Below are positions 10,144 through 21,985 of a stretch of DNA of 64,000 nt, in pieces. Under the pieces are notes generated by a model. It was not told where the DNA came from and ran no database searches. It worked only from the letters and a program-made list of their open reading frames with translations. Positions within the stretch are counted from its first letter, which is position 1; each line of letters starts with the position of its first letter. The position numbers and the translations under genes were made by a program. This DNA is from Schizochytrium sp. TIO01 (Eukaryota; Protista; Bigyra: Labyrinthulomycetes): positions 248,001-312,000 of the forward strand of contig SMSO01000036.1 of NCBI GenBank assembly GCA_004764695.1, read 5' to 3'.

Positions 10144-12417
10144 ATGGGCGGCGCTGTAACAAAGATTGCAAGAGGAAAGAGCTCCACCTTTGAAGCGGAT
10201 ACATCAGGTTCTGTGCATATTGAAAAGCGATGGGTTGAGGACAGAAAGTTTAGTGCAGAAAACTCACTGGTCTATGCTCATTCGCCACTCTATGCTGAGC
10301 TACGGAATACGCTCGAGGATCCTCTTGGGCAACATTACTTGGGGAACTTTGCCAATGCAGAATCCTCACATGAAAACTTCTTTGCATGGATCGATATGGA
10401 GGAGTATAAAGGTATCCCCACGAAGGACTATCGTCGTTTCACCGCCAAGAACATATTTCAAAAGTACATCAAAGAGGGCGCTGTCATGCACCTTGGTGTC
10501 CTCACTCCTGAGCGCATCAATTACTACCAACTAGCAATATACGGGCCACAGCACGCAAACCGAAACAATTATAACCCTAGCGCTGAAGAGAATAGCTCAG
10601 ACAACGATACTATTCGTCTAACACAAATGCCTGGTCGTCTTGATTTACCTCCTGACCTTTTCATGGGTTTGCAGCATGCTATCTTCCGTGAGATGGCTGA
10701 GAACACATTTAAACGATTCCAGGCTTCTGCTCAATACAAGGAATATGAAAAACGCAAGAAGGAGACATACAATCGTGTTGATGTTGATGACTTTGAGTAT
10801 CTGGAATTCTTAGGCCAAGGTGCATTTGGCTTGGTTGCACGCGTTCGCAAGAAGTCTACAAACAAAGAGTATGCAATCAAGGTGATGAGCAAAGCAAAGC
10901 TCATCCGCTCAATGGGTCGTCGAGGAGGCTACAAAGTACGTAAAGCTCGTATTTGTATGGAGCGTAATGTATACGTAAACTCTACGTTTCCGTTCATTGT
11001 AGAAATGCACTATGCGTTTCAGACGAATATGGATGCTCTCATTGTAATGGAGTTTGCTCGTGGTGGAACTGTGCATGACCTTAAACACCAGTACAATGAT
11101 AAACAGATGCCAGAGGACCATGTCAAATTTGTCATCGCTGAGTTGATGCTTGCGCTTCGCCATTTGCATTGTATAAATTATGTTCACAGAGATCTAAAGC
11201 CAATCAACGTACTTTTAGACGAGCATGGGCACATCAAACTAACTGACATGGGTCTAGTCGGACACATTGACGACGACAAAGGTGTTCTGCAACGACCGAC
11301 GCGTGAAGAGCTTCTTGAACGAGAACAGGATAGTGGTTCTGATTTAAGCGACGCTGAAGGTGAGCGATCCAAGGATGCTCTTGAGTCCGAATCACTTATT
11401 GAAGTAAAGAAGGAGGACAGCAATGGAGATATTGAAGCGCCTTTAGAACACTCTCTGGAAGACGGTCATCATCATATAAAGAAGACTGGGTCCAAACGGC
11501 AGGTCGGGCATGTTGGACGCAGATTCACTCGAGTTGGTACAATGGGCTACAAAGCCCCCGAGCTTTTGCAAGCAAAACGTCCTCATAAAAGAAAGACAAC
11601 GAAGAAAAATAAGAAAGATGATTCCTCCGATGACAAGTCTGCTCTTCAAGATACGGCTGCAAATCAGAAAACTACTGTAAATGGCCAGCCCGAGTCTAGT
11701 CTTGTAGATCGCGACGTAGAGAGCGAACCAGAAGGCTATGGTGCCAGTGTTGATTGGTGGTCACTAGGTGTTATGACACTGGAAATGCTATGTGGGAAGA
11801 ATCATTATGCTCCTTCGGGGCTCGCGGTTTTACAAGGTGGCGAGATGGAAAAGGTAGAGCTCGGTGTCATAACAAGCATGCAGAACCCAAGCTCCAAACT
11901 TCCTTCAAATGTATCAGAGGAATGCAAGCGGTTTGTAGATGGACTTCTGGAGAAGGAGCCCAAACTGCGGCTTGGAACTAATGAAGCTGGTTTTAGAGGA
12001 CTTTGTCAACATGAGTGGTTTAAGGATATTGATATGTCGAAACTCTTAGCGAAAGAAGTCGCGCCACCCTATAAGGTATTGAACATGGGGAAAGCGCATA
12101 TCAACAAACCAAAATGGGTAAACTATGCTTCTATGAAGGCAGAGGTGGACATGGAAGGTCTATCAACTTTAATGGGTAGTATAGATGATTGTCATATCCC
12201 GGATAAGTATCAACGCTTTTTTGATGACTGGGATTATGTGGCACAGACAACATTCAAGCTTGAACTTGGGGCTCAGAATGAACGCCTTGAAAAGGAGCGT
12301 GAGGGCTTACAATTCCCAGACGAAGCTCCAGTAGTGGAAGCAACAAAAGCAACAACCGGAGACGCGGAGGAGCCAACGTCTGCAAAAGATATCAAGCCAA
12401 TCACTCCGCGAGACTAG
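10144..12417 (+). CDS. RGS domain + AGC Ser/Thr kinase (G-protein-coupled receptor kinase-like), probably N-myristoylated
   Basis: 757 aa. MGGAVT myristoylation consensus; RGS-like TLEDPLGQHYLGNFANAESSHENFFAW...AKNIFQKYI...NTFKRFQAS; kinase motifs LGQGAFG, YAIK, HRDLKPINVLLD, DMG, GTMGYKAPE, DWWSLG; AGC tail APPY...FFDDWDYV. Confidence 0.9.
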   Translation: MGGAVTKIARGKSSTFEADTSGSVHIEKRWVEDRKFSAENSLVYAHSPLYAELRNTLEDPLGQHYLGNFANAESSHENFFAWIDMEEYKGIPTKDYRRFTAKNIFQKYIKEGAVMHLGVLTPERINYYQLAIYGPQHANRNNYNPSAEENSSDNDTIRLTQMPGRLDLPPDLFMGLQHAIFREMAENTFKRFQASAQYKEYEKRKKETYNRVDVDDFEYLEFLGQGAFGLVARVRKKSTNKEYAIKVMSKAKLIRSMGRRGGYKVRKARICMERNVYVNSTFPFIVEMHYAFQTNMDALIVMEFARGGTVHDLKHQYNDKQMPEDHVKFVIAELMLALRHLHCINYVHRDLKPINVLLDEHGHIKLTDMGLVGHIDDDKGVLQRPTREELLEREQDSGSDLSDAEGERSKDALESESLIEVKKEDSNGDIEAPLEHSLEDGHHHIKKTGSKRQVGHVGRRFTRVGTMGYKAPELLQAKRPHKRKTTKKNKKDDSSDDKSALQDTAANQKTTVNGQPESSLVDRDVESEPEGYGASVDWWSLGVMTLEMLCGKNHYAPSGLAVLQGGEMEKVELGVITSMQNPSSKLPSNVSEECKRFVDGLLEKEPKLRLGTNEAGFRGLCQHEWFKDIDMSKLLAKEVAPPYKVLNMGKAHINKPKWVNYASMKAEVDMEGLSTLMGSIDDCHIPDKYQRFFDDWDYVAQTTFKLELGAQNERLEKEREGLQFPDEAPVVEATKATTGDAEEPTSAKDIKPITPRD

Positions 12418-13084
12418 TCTAATTCACTTTTAGCAGTTGCATTTGCTCTTTAAAGCCATACATTCTTCTGTGTACATTAGTTCTTTTCAAATGTAAAACT
12501 CGTAATTTATCGCAAAATTTTGAGTGGTCTCATTCAAACTTTACTTTATTTTGTCATATTCAGGAATGGTGAGGAAGACCATGCAAAATTTAATTTTTGG
12601 CCCTATGAGGAGCGAATGGTCCAAGAATTTTCGAGATTCTGGTTCTTGAAAGTGACGAGATTTAATTCTTGTTGTACATTTTTTTCTTAGGTCTCTATTC
12701 TTGGATAGCTAGCATAATTATAATCATCACACGAGCCTCATTTCTTGAATTCATAATGATGAAGGGAAATCATGCTTTTGTCGAAAGCATTTGCAAATTT
12801 TACTTTTTCTTTTCTGGTCGACTTCTTTTCACGTATGCAGAACAGTGTAGTACACCACGCCACATGTTGCATGTTTGAGGGCGCGCGGGGGGGGGGGAGG
12901 AGAAGGAAAGGAAAAGAGAAGACAAATAGCGGAGAAATTGAGAGCCAGAGATTCTGATGGATAAAGGAGAAGGTAGTAGGTTGGAGTAAAAAAAATCACC
13001 CAAGAGCCTTGCCAATTGCTCAAGCAAATACAGGCACTGTGCAGAAAATTCAATAAGTTGATGCAGAACGCCAGATTACACTAC

Positions 13085-14395
13085 TTATTGACTAGCAAAT
13101 TGCCGTTTAATCGAGTCAGCCGCTGCCTGTGAGATGCAGCCATCCTGCACGGCCTGGTGCAAAAATACATCAAGAATTTTTGCAGCACCGGGTGCATCAA
13201 GCTCAAGATCCGGAAGTGCCTGGAACAGGCGACGAAATCCAATTTCCATCTGCTTCTCCGAAACAATTTCTCTAGAGCTAAGTTCAGCAAGGAGAGAGGA
13301 CATCATTGCTTGTTCACGCTCGCGGCAGTCAAGGCTAATAACGACTGCACGTTTAATGACCTCATGATGGAAATGAGGTACGTTGAGGTTCTTAATGAGA
13401 TTGCACGCCTCATCGATATCACTCGAGCTAACAAACTCCTCAAGAATCATCTTGATCTCCTGCTTTAGCTCAGTAACAGAAGCTCGTGAGGTGGGGCCCC
13501 AGACGTGCTCCAAGCGCACAAGCCCATGTTTAATGGACAAGAGGATCTTGGCGTTTTCCACAACCTCAGCGCCAATGTGCTGAATCAGCGGGTCGTTGAG
13601 GAACGACGGAGGCAAGATCTCGTCAGCAACGGCACGTGCTACAAACTGCGAAAGGTACTTTTTCGCGTTCGGGATATCAAGACTGAGATCATCTACAAGC
13701 TCGAACAGACGCTCGAAGCCCTTGCCAACCTGTGCTGCAGAGAGTACGCGCGCTCCATGGAGCTCGGACAGTGCCACGGAGACCATCTCACGCTCGCGAG
13801 CATTGCGCTCCATACCAAGAGCAACAGCCCTCCGCACAAATTCATACAGAAGCATAGGGCTGTGAAGTTCTACAACGGACTTCTTCAGGTCGTCGAGGTC
13901 CTCACTAGAAAAGTACTCTGCCACAATTGTGGCCGCCTTGACCTTGAAATCCGCCAGAGGCACCTTTGCCGGCAAGTGTTGAGTCTCAACCGGAGGTGCA
14001 GTAGGAGGAGCTCCAAACAAGTGACCGCCGCCTTGCAGGCCATTCAGGCTAATACCAGCCTTCTGAGCCATGGCCTGATGGTGGTCAAGGATTGAGAAAA
14101 TGGCGTCCTCCTCTCCCTGCTCATCCAGGCTGTCATAGTTGGGGTCATTTCGGTCCATGGCAAGATCTTCTGAGAGTTCATCACCGGGCCTACCCCATGT
14201 GTATTTGCTGTGGCCACCACCGCCCTTTTTCGCCCAGCCTCGTTTGCCCTTGAGACCGGAGCGGTCCAGACGGACCTGCGGCTTGCCGGAGCCACTTCCC
14301 GCACCAGGAGCAGAGGAGCCTGCGGCGGCTGTTTTGCTCGCGCGGTTGGCATGAGCCTTTTGAATAGCTGCCCGAGTTGCACTACCGATTTCCAT
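13085..14395 (-). CDS. PDCD4: Programmed cell death protein 4 homologue (two MA3 domains, eIF4A inhibitor)
   Basis: Motifs KKGGGGHSKYTWGRPG and DRNDPNYDS, plus two MA3 repeats (IVAEYFSSEDL...DLSLDIPNA; ILEEFVSSSDI...DLELDAPGA). I chose the first in-frame ATG (MEIGSAT, 14395) over the track's non-ATG start at 14482. Confidence 0.9.
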   Translation of the reverse strand: MEIGSATRAAIQKAHANRASKTAAAGSSAPGAGSGSGKPQVRLDRSGLKGKRGWAKKGGGGHSKYTWGRPGDELSEDLAMDRNDPNYDSLDEQGEEDAIFSILDHHQAMAQKAGISLNGLQGGGHLFGAPPTAPPVETQHLPAKVPLADFKVKAATIVAEYFSSEDLDDLKKSVVELHSPMLLYEFVRRAVALGMERNAREREMVSVALSELHGARVLSAAQVGKGFERLFELVDDLSLDIPNAKKYLSQFVARAVADEILPPSFLNDPLIQHIGAEVVENAKILLSIKHGLVRLEHVWGPTSRASVTELKQEIKMILEEFVSSSDIDEACNLIKNLNVPHFHHEVIKRAVVISLDCREREQAMMSSLLAELSSREIVSEKQMEIGFRRLFQALPDLELDAPGAAKILDVFLHQAVQDGCISQAAADSIKRQFASQ

Positions 14396-15565
14396 TTTGT
14401 CTTTGGTGCTTTGAAGGTTTGCAGCTATCTGTAAATCTCGTGTTTCGCGAAGGTAGAAAATGTAAAGTACGCGGTAAAGCACTTTACGTCAATGCAGATT
14501 TTAATCACAGCGCAGCTCTTTGTGCTGACAGTGCGGATTCAATAAGTTTACCCGCTTCAAGAGAAAGAAAGCCAGGCTTTCCTCGCTAGTAAGTTTTTGT
14601 TTGTTGAGAGGGACTCTGGCAAATGGCAGAATCTGATATATACCGAAGCACGCAGCCACAGTACAAACCTTTCTGAACCCGTCCCTGAGGAGATCAATCT
14701 AGGTCAGAGCTCGAGCGTGCTACGTTCGGGCTAGGAGTCTAGTTCAAAGATCGCGAGCCAGGGCTCAATAGATAGATGGTATAGATAGTAGATATAACGC
14801 GCAGGGTAAGAAAAGGACACGGAAGATAGAGGTCCAGACCTCGACGGATGGACACACGAGAAAGATAGACTTTCCGCGTGCGTTGGCTCGTACTCTCGCT
14901 GCGTGGGCTCCTTGCTTGCTTGCTTGCTTGCTTGTCTGCTGCTGGCTCGGGCGCTGAGACGTCAATCGGCGGCGATCGTGCTTTCGATCGAGCGGCCAAT
15001 TGACGATTTGAATGCATTGATCGATTTCCTTTGATCTTTTCTTTCCCTTCTCAACGATTCTCTCTGCTTTTCTCTCTTTCTGTCTTCCAATCTATTCATT
15101 CCTTTTAGTCCCCTCCTTCCTAGAACCTTCCTACAGTTTCCCTTAACTGCCCGTTCTTATTTCCCCTTTTTCAGATTTCCTGCGCTTTTCTTTCCTGGCC
15201 TCGCGCTCCTAGGCGCGCCTATCTGACTGCTACTACTAGAAATCAGAGGCCGAAGGTCCAAGAAATCAAGAATGTTGGCTCTGCTGGAGCTCCTAAACTT
15301 GGCGAGTTTGCCGTCGCATGCTCCGGTTCTGGCGGCGCTGTCCGCGGACTCCGCCCTTTCCGAGCTCCCTCTCGAGCTCCCGACCTGCTTGCTTGCTTGC
15401 TTGCCCCGCCGAGCGAACGCCACGGCCCCTTCAGCTTTCTTTCTCTTCTGCAGGCCGTCTGTATCTTTCGAAAAACTACTCTGCTGTTTGTTAATCAATT
15501 CTGAAGGAATTCATTCATTCATTCATTTCGTTCATTGTTTATGTCATCGATCAATCAATAAATAC

Positions 15566-15812
<247 letters not shown>

Positions 15813-15909
15813 TTTTCAGGATCGATCATTCGAGAGAACTTCTTTCTCCTTCTTCTGTAGTTTGGTTTTTCAATTTGTTCTCTCTCCCACTGCGCAGGAT
15901 GCGGCCACG

Positions 15910-16355
15910 CTAAACTATAGGAGTAGTACCCGCCTTCCGCTCTACTAATCACACTGGAGTCTGTATCTTTTCCCCACTGCCCCCTTCACACTGGACAATT
16001 GTTTCGCGTTTTCAGGTCTCTAATAGGGAGACCACTGCCCCCTATTGTAGCTCCTCTGCAACAGAGGGGATAGCTGTGCCATAAGAACTAGAAGTTAGGG
16101 GAAAGGCCACTGGGGGAAAGTTTTTGAGGATCAACACTGATGAGAGGGGAGAAGCGGTGGGTTTTCTACAGTGGAGAAAGAGGGAGAGCACCTTTCTTTC
16201 CAGAAATAGACTCGCTGACCACGAAAGCACAATCAACGGAACACGATTTCGTAGTTCTTTTCCAACCCTGAATTACAATATTCTGGTTTTATTCTGATGT
16301 GGAAACGGGTCTGCCCATCTTTAGATTAGATTTTCCTAGACTAAACTATAGGAGT
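15910..16355. mobile_element. Putative 416 bp inserted element (SINE-like or truncated non-LTR) flanked by a 15 bp direct repeat (candidate TSD)
   Basis: CTAAACTATAGGAGT occurs exactly at 15910-15924 and 16341-16355. The interior has several hairpins and internal repeats but no recognisable protein domain. Confidence 0.5.
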
Positions 16356-18429
16356 GAATAGGGACGTGGGACGAGAAGAAAAGCCAACTCGAACTTTTTA
16401 ATCCCTTTCTCCATTTTTTCAATTAATTTTCTTCTAAGTTCAAGTTGGTCCTTTGTTTTGCCTTTTCGTTGCCTTTTCTTTCTTTAAAGCCTCAGACGCT
16501 CTGTGTAAAGCACCGAAGAGCACTTAGGCTGCAGCTAAGCAAGGTCGCCTCCCCTGTGAAGAGGGGCTCTAAGTTATAATTACAACAAGAACATCACCAA
16601 CAAGACCATTCTCCATAAATCATAGCGAGCTTGAATATGATCAAGATTTATTTATTAATTATTAATTTTAATAAAAACTAATATTTTTCAATCATTTCAA
16701 AAGAATGATCATAATCATTCAGAATCATAAATTAAAAACTACTACTAAAAAAGAATCATTGCCCTCTGTGGTTTCCATCGATTGCATCGACCTTTCTTTA
16801 CCTGCTTTAGCGATCAAAAGCAGTTTGTTTGCGAGTTTGGTGGTGGCGGAGCTTAAGGGTGAAGCCAGGTTGCAGAGCGTTGTTTGTTGCCTGCAAGTTC
16901 ACTGCATTGAGTATCTTCATGTGTCAAGTCGTAGTACCAAAGAACAAATACCAAGATTTGCAGATGTAAGATACATGGATCCAAATTAATTATTGAGGCC
17001 TGTGAATTGCCGTGGCCAAGCTTGATGGAAACTGCGTGCAGGGCTCGAAGCCGCAAAGTCGTTGCTGCGGATGATGATGATAGTAAGATTGATCGCCAGG
17101 TCATCTGCTGCCGCGCGACGCTCGAGATCAAGGTGGAAAATGGACACGAGCCTGGCGAGCCTTGTTGATTCGTTCCAAATAGACACTTGAAGCGATAATT
17201 GCGATGAATACACCGGCAGCAAAGGCAGCAACGGCGATAGCATCATTGACAGAAACATCCCTCCCCCGTGGGTGGCAGACAGTCCACCAACAAGAGGAGA
17301 TGGAGCATGGCTAATGTTGCTTTTGCATCACTGCAGGCAAGGTCTTACACTGTAAGACCATAGTCGGATCACAACTATTGCAGTACTGTCTAGTGCAGCC
17401 TCGTTTCCCTGAACCTGTGAAATGGACACTACCTTTTGTGCTCCTCGAAGGCTGTTGTATTGCACTGCAGCAGGTATTATTGATGCATAGGCACCAGTGC
17501 TGCTCTTGTCTGCTACATTCTTGCTCGTGATATTTATTATCAATGATGAAATCTGAAATAAACTTATAAAGCTTATTTATTTATGAAGGGACAACATTTT
17601 AGAAGAAGCCAATTATGGGAAGCCAAAATGGGAGCTATTGTTTTGCAAAACGCAGGAATAACGTTTCCAAGGAAAGCACAAATAGGGGAAATATTTTTAC
17701 GCAGGAAAAGAACACAAATGAGAATTGGGCGCAGGACTACATCTTGGAATAAAATCAAGCAACAGCAACCTAGGCAGCAAAGGCAAAGGGTAGATTACCC
17801 CATTGGTACTTCTTAAGAGATGCCGCGATCCCAGAGTAAGTAGTACCAGAGGAAGCAGTGGAAAAGTATGGTAATTTGACAGCTCCTCAAAGATTTGCTG
17901 TGATGGTCTCTACAACGAAAATGTTTTGCCAAAGCCGCAACCTGAACTCAGGCAAGCCAAGACGGACAAAGAGAGAAGACACGAAAAGAGTGAGATACAT
18001 GTGAGATAATTGGAAAACATGAGGAGGAGCCGATGTGTTTCAGGTTTCGGGGATTGAGGTGGTTGAAATGCAGCCTACGAAAGTATATGTTTGAAGTTCC
18101 TACTCATAAGTTTGGGACATCAGATTGTTGAATGGCAACGCAATGATCAGAGTACTTATTTTTAAAATCTTGAAAAGAAACTTCCCCGGTAATTGAAAAT
18201 TAAAAGTCAGGACTGAACTTCATGCGAAGGGTCGCTTCTTCTGTTTATGAAAGGTTTACAGGCACGTACTCATTTGTCCAAGCCCATGGACTGCTAGCAG
18301 ATAATTACCAGTGCTGTACAGCTTAATTGTCTTCGGTTCTCTGGTTTCAAGTATCATGTAACATCTTTCATCTCGAACCTACAATCTACTCAAGCTATTC
18401 TAGCCCAAGCATACAAATTATGGTGCATC

Positions 18430-19905
18430 TTAAGTCCACTCAAACTTGCGACGCGGAAAGCTCTCAAGGAGATCTCCATCTGCTGTTGCCTCCTCCCGAA
18501 GCTTCTCGATCTTTTTGTTGAATTCTTCAGTGTAGCGAGCAGCACGTTTGTCAATAAGCAGCTCGCGTTGACGCTCAATAGCAGCGAGTCGAGCCTTCTC
18601 CTCAATTTGTGCGCGGAGAAGTTCTTGATTAAGCATGCGGCGCTCGAAGTCTTCTCGTTGTTGTTGTTCAAAACGCTCATTTGTTTTAGCATCAAGCTCG
18701 CGCTGGCGCTCAATAAATGCCTCATCTGCAAGGCGCTCATCAAGAGCCTGTTGTTGGCGACGAGAAATCTGCTCCTGTCGAGTCTCGTCAACCTCGCGCA
18801 TCAACCTCGCGCGTTGATCAGCCTCACGGGCCCATTGTTCTTCACGTTTACGCCACACCTTCTCGCTCTCTTCGTGACGAATTCGTTCCAAATCAGTCTC
18901 GTCACGGGCTTCACGAATGGCAAGTTCACGAAGGTGTGCTTGATAATCACGAGAAGCAGCGCGCATAGCAGCTTGCTTAGCACGAGCGTCCTCATCTGCT
19001 TTACGATCGTTATCTAACTGTAAGTTAAGCAGGTATTTGTCAAGCTGTTGCTCAGCGCGTGCTTCTGCGGCACGCTTCATAGCACGGTCAAGGTTTTCTT
19101 GTTGAACTTCTACGCGTGCTAGACGCTGCTCCTCTTCGCGGCGAATTGCGGCCTGGCGCTCTTGACTCTCTTCCTCGCGCCACTGTTGGCGCCATTGTGC
19201 TCGGCGGGCTTCCAGTTCGTCCACTTCCATTTGTCTACGCTTTTGCAACTCTGAAACTTGACGATCTAACATCTCCCGCATTTCTTCATTTCGTTCTGCT
19301 GCCTCCCGACGTTCACGCTCTTCCCGGAGGCGTTTTTCCTCAATACTTGCGTGCCATTCACGTGCAAACTCTTCGTCCTCTAGCCGACGTGCTTCTTCCT
19401 TGGCAAGACGATCATCAATCTGAGCCTTGCGATCGCGTGTGACCTTGAGAGTGCGCATCTTGGATTGCTGCAAACGCATTTCATCTTGTGCCAGTCGATC
19501 ACGTTGTTCGAGACACTTCTTTGCGAGGGCTTGTCGCTGAGCTTCGCGGTCTTCTTTGAGTTTCTTTGCACGCTCTGCCATTCGCAGGCGTCGCTGTTCC
19601 GGTGTCTCGAAGCTGTTGCGGAACTCCTCCTCAAGCTGGTCACGCTCGCGCTGTAGAAGCTCTGCGAGTGCCCTACGGCGACGGTTCAAGTCCTCTTCGT
19701 GAGAAACCATTCGCCTCTGTACACCAGCTCGAACTCTTTGCCGCGCCATGGCAGCCTCAGACTTATGCTCCCATTTCGCAAGGTCTGTGAAGCGGTCTAC
19801 CTGCTTGATTCCTGCTTCTAGATGTGCTCGTTTCTCCTCCCCCTCACGACGCTTTAAGATTGCAAAGTCCGCTGGTAGTTTGCGCGTCGGTCGAAATGCG
19901 TCCAT
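18430..19905 (-). CDS. CFAP53: Cilia- and flagella-associated coiled-coil protein, CFAP53/CCDC11-like (trichohyalin-plectin-homology family)
   Basis: 491 aa E/R/Q-rich coiled coil. The pattern L..RRRALAELLQRERDQLEEEF...ETPEQRRLRMAERAKKLKEDREAQRQ...QDEMR matches my recollection of CFAP53. Confidence 0.7.
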   Translation of the reverse strand: MDAFRPTRKLPADFAILKRREGEEKRAHLEAGIKQVDRFTDLAKWEHKSEAAMARQRVRAGVQRRMVSHEEDLNRRRRALAELLQRERDQLEEEFRNSFETPEQRRLRMAERAKKLKEDREAQRQALAKKCLEQRDRLAQDEMRLQQSKMRTLKVTRDRKAQIDDRLAKEEARRLEDEEFAREWHASIEEKRLREERERREAAERNEEMREMLDRQVSELQKRRQMEVDELEARRAQWRQQWREEESQERQAAIRREEEQRLARVEVQQENLDRAMKRAAEARAEQQLDKYLLNLQLDNDRKADEDARAKQAAMRAASRDYQAHLRELAIREARDETDLERIRHEESEKVWRKREEQWAREADQRARLMREVDETRQEQISRRQQQALDERLADEAFIERQRELDAKTNERFEQQQREDFERRMLNQELLRAQIEEKARLAAIERQRELLIDKRAARYTEEFNKKIEKLREEATADGDLLESFPRRKFEWT

Positions 19906-21985
19906 TCTGCCGGGCCCAATGTTTCCAGGTCTAGAACTGCTGCACTTGTCTCAGAGCTCACTTTAGGCAAAACTCCCAGCACGTAGAGAATGTACGTCGA
20001 AATGTTCAACAAAGGAAAGCGAGAGAGTGGCTGCACAAAGCGGGAGCCAATTCCGGCCAAAGGCTTGCAGAACTAGAGCAGACCCTCCTGACTCCTTATT
20101 GCTACCGAAACCCGAGCTAACTTTCCGGCAGGTCGCTTGAAAGAGTTCTTGGGCAGCGGTGTCTGCCACGTGCCACACTCCGAGCAAGTTACAGGCCTCG
20201 CAGACTGCTCTTTGCTCCTTGCAGAAACGTTTGTATATTCGCTCAAACTTCTGGGTTTCGGACCTGGCGAGCTAGTGTCGCAGCGCTCAAAGATGAAGTC
20301 GAGCCCCGAAGTCAGTTGTCGTATATCGTAAACGGTTTTCAGAAGAAAAGGTCCACCTGCGCATTCCTCGCGCGTGTGACTGGCTGGCTGACTGGCTGAC
20401 TGCCTGGCGGATTGTCTAGTGCGAGCGCTCCGCTTTGCTCTCGTTATGCGCTTTCTTTATTTCCCTTATTTTACTACGTACCTACTTAGTATGGAGGTAC
20501 GGTGATCTACTTACTTGCTTTAATTGCTTTAATTCGTCTTTTCAGGAAGTAAATAGAAACAAGAGACTAAGAGGCAAGCACACGCGCATAAGGACCAAAG
20601 CAACGCAAGGTAAACAAGGAAAGGTAAGCTAGGGTAGAATTTACTTCAAGATTTTCTTCATATATCTCTTCCTTCATTTACTCCCCTTTCCTGCATCTGG
20701 GTCTCATCCGCTTTCTTTCTTTAATATATTAGAGGCTTTTGCGAGATAGTCGTTGGGTTCGCCGTCGAATCCGGTTCACCGTCGAATGGAGGGTACACAA
20801 GGTCACTGATTACTGAAGAATATCCATGTGTGTATCCGACTGTGAACTAGAATTTGAAACTGATAGATGGGCTTTCCTGGCAGGTAAATATACAAACCAG
20901 GACCTACATCTCGTTTTCCAATAGATGTCGCTACCAAGTAGTAAGTAGTAGTATCGATAGATTTTGGACGGAAGCTTAGCAGTAGGAGAAAGAAGAAGAT
21001 ACAGAGGTGGCCGGACACTTTGCTTCGACTTAGTCCTGGCAAAGTGAAAAAAATCAATCATAACGGCTAGGTGGCTACTAACATATTTCTTTATATTTGA
21101 ACTTTAAAAGTTAATTGAATGAAGCAGCTTCAATTTTGTTGTAGTTCTGGTGCCGTAGGCTAAATGTTTTCATGTCTTAGCGTGTGTGCGATTGAAAGCA
21201 CATATTTTAAATTTTTTTTTGCGACTAGAGGTAAAAAAAATGGACACTCTATCTAATGCTTCGGCGTTCGAAGATTCAACTTCATGTTGAATTTGCCGTA
21301 TGGTTGGCTTTCGAGGAAATTTCTGAGACGTGAAGACCCTGTAGAAGGGCTTTTGTAGTAATCGAGTCAAGCATAAGTAATTGTGAACAGGTGCACCAAA
21401 TTCGTGAATAAAACAGAATGAAATAAATACAATGTGGAGGGTCAATACACACTCAACAGTAACGCAATGTTCGTAAGAAAAGCCATGCCGGCTTTGAGGG
21501 TATATCATGAATCTATTCTGGTAATATACTGAAGTGGCGTTTCAGACCTGCCACATAAACTGGAGATGGCCAACAGGAAGACAATAGTTTGACTCCTATC
21601 AATATGTATAAGTAGAATTCTGGAGAGCCGAGCTAGCTAAACGGCCAAGAAGCCTCCAAAGGTTTCACTAAAATACCTCTCTGCTTTAAGTGCCACTAAG
21701 TTGTCTGAGTTACGGTAGAGTATTTAAGAACAAATCTGGGATTGCCTTGCCCCAAGTCCTGCGTGCAAATAGCCTGGCTGCTTCTCCAGCTAGAAAGTCT
21801 TTAACACCAACCTTAGGAACTAGTCGCGTCCTGGGCAAATCGAAGACAAGGTGGCCGCAGCAACAGCGCGGGGAACCACACAACCTTCAGCAAATACCAA
21901 ACTCGCCAAACTCACTAACTAAGTAGCGCAAACCAACTATCTTGATCGTCAGAAACAGAGGTAGAACTCTGAGAGCTTTACGAAA

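Noticed and set aside
16137-16230. CTGATGA...GAAA as a hammerhead ribozyme core inside the TSD-flanked insert
   Set aside because: I could not build stem II closing onto GAAA, nor stems I and III with a UH cleavage site.
16100-16350. RNase P/MRP-like GGGAAAGTT...CTAGACTA motifs
   Set aside because: P4 pairing is poor and the other conserved regions are not identifiable.
20756-20787. GGTTCRCCGTCGAAT twice, resembling a tRNA T-loop/B box
   Set aside because: It is a simple 17 bp-period tandem duplication with no cloverleaf.
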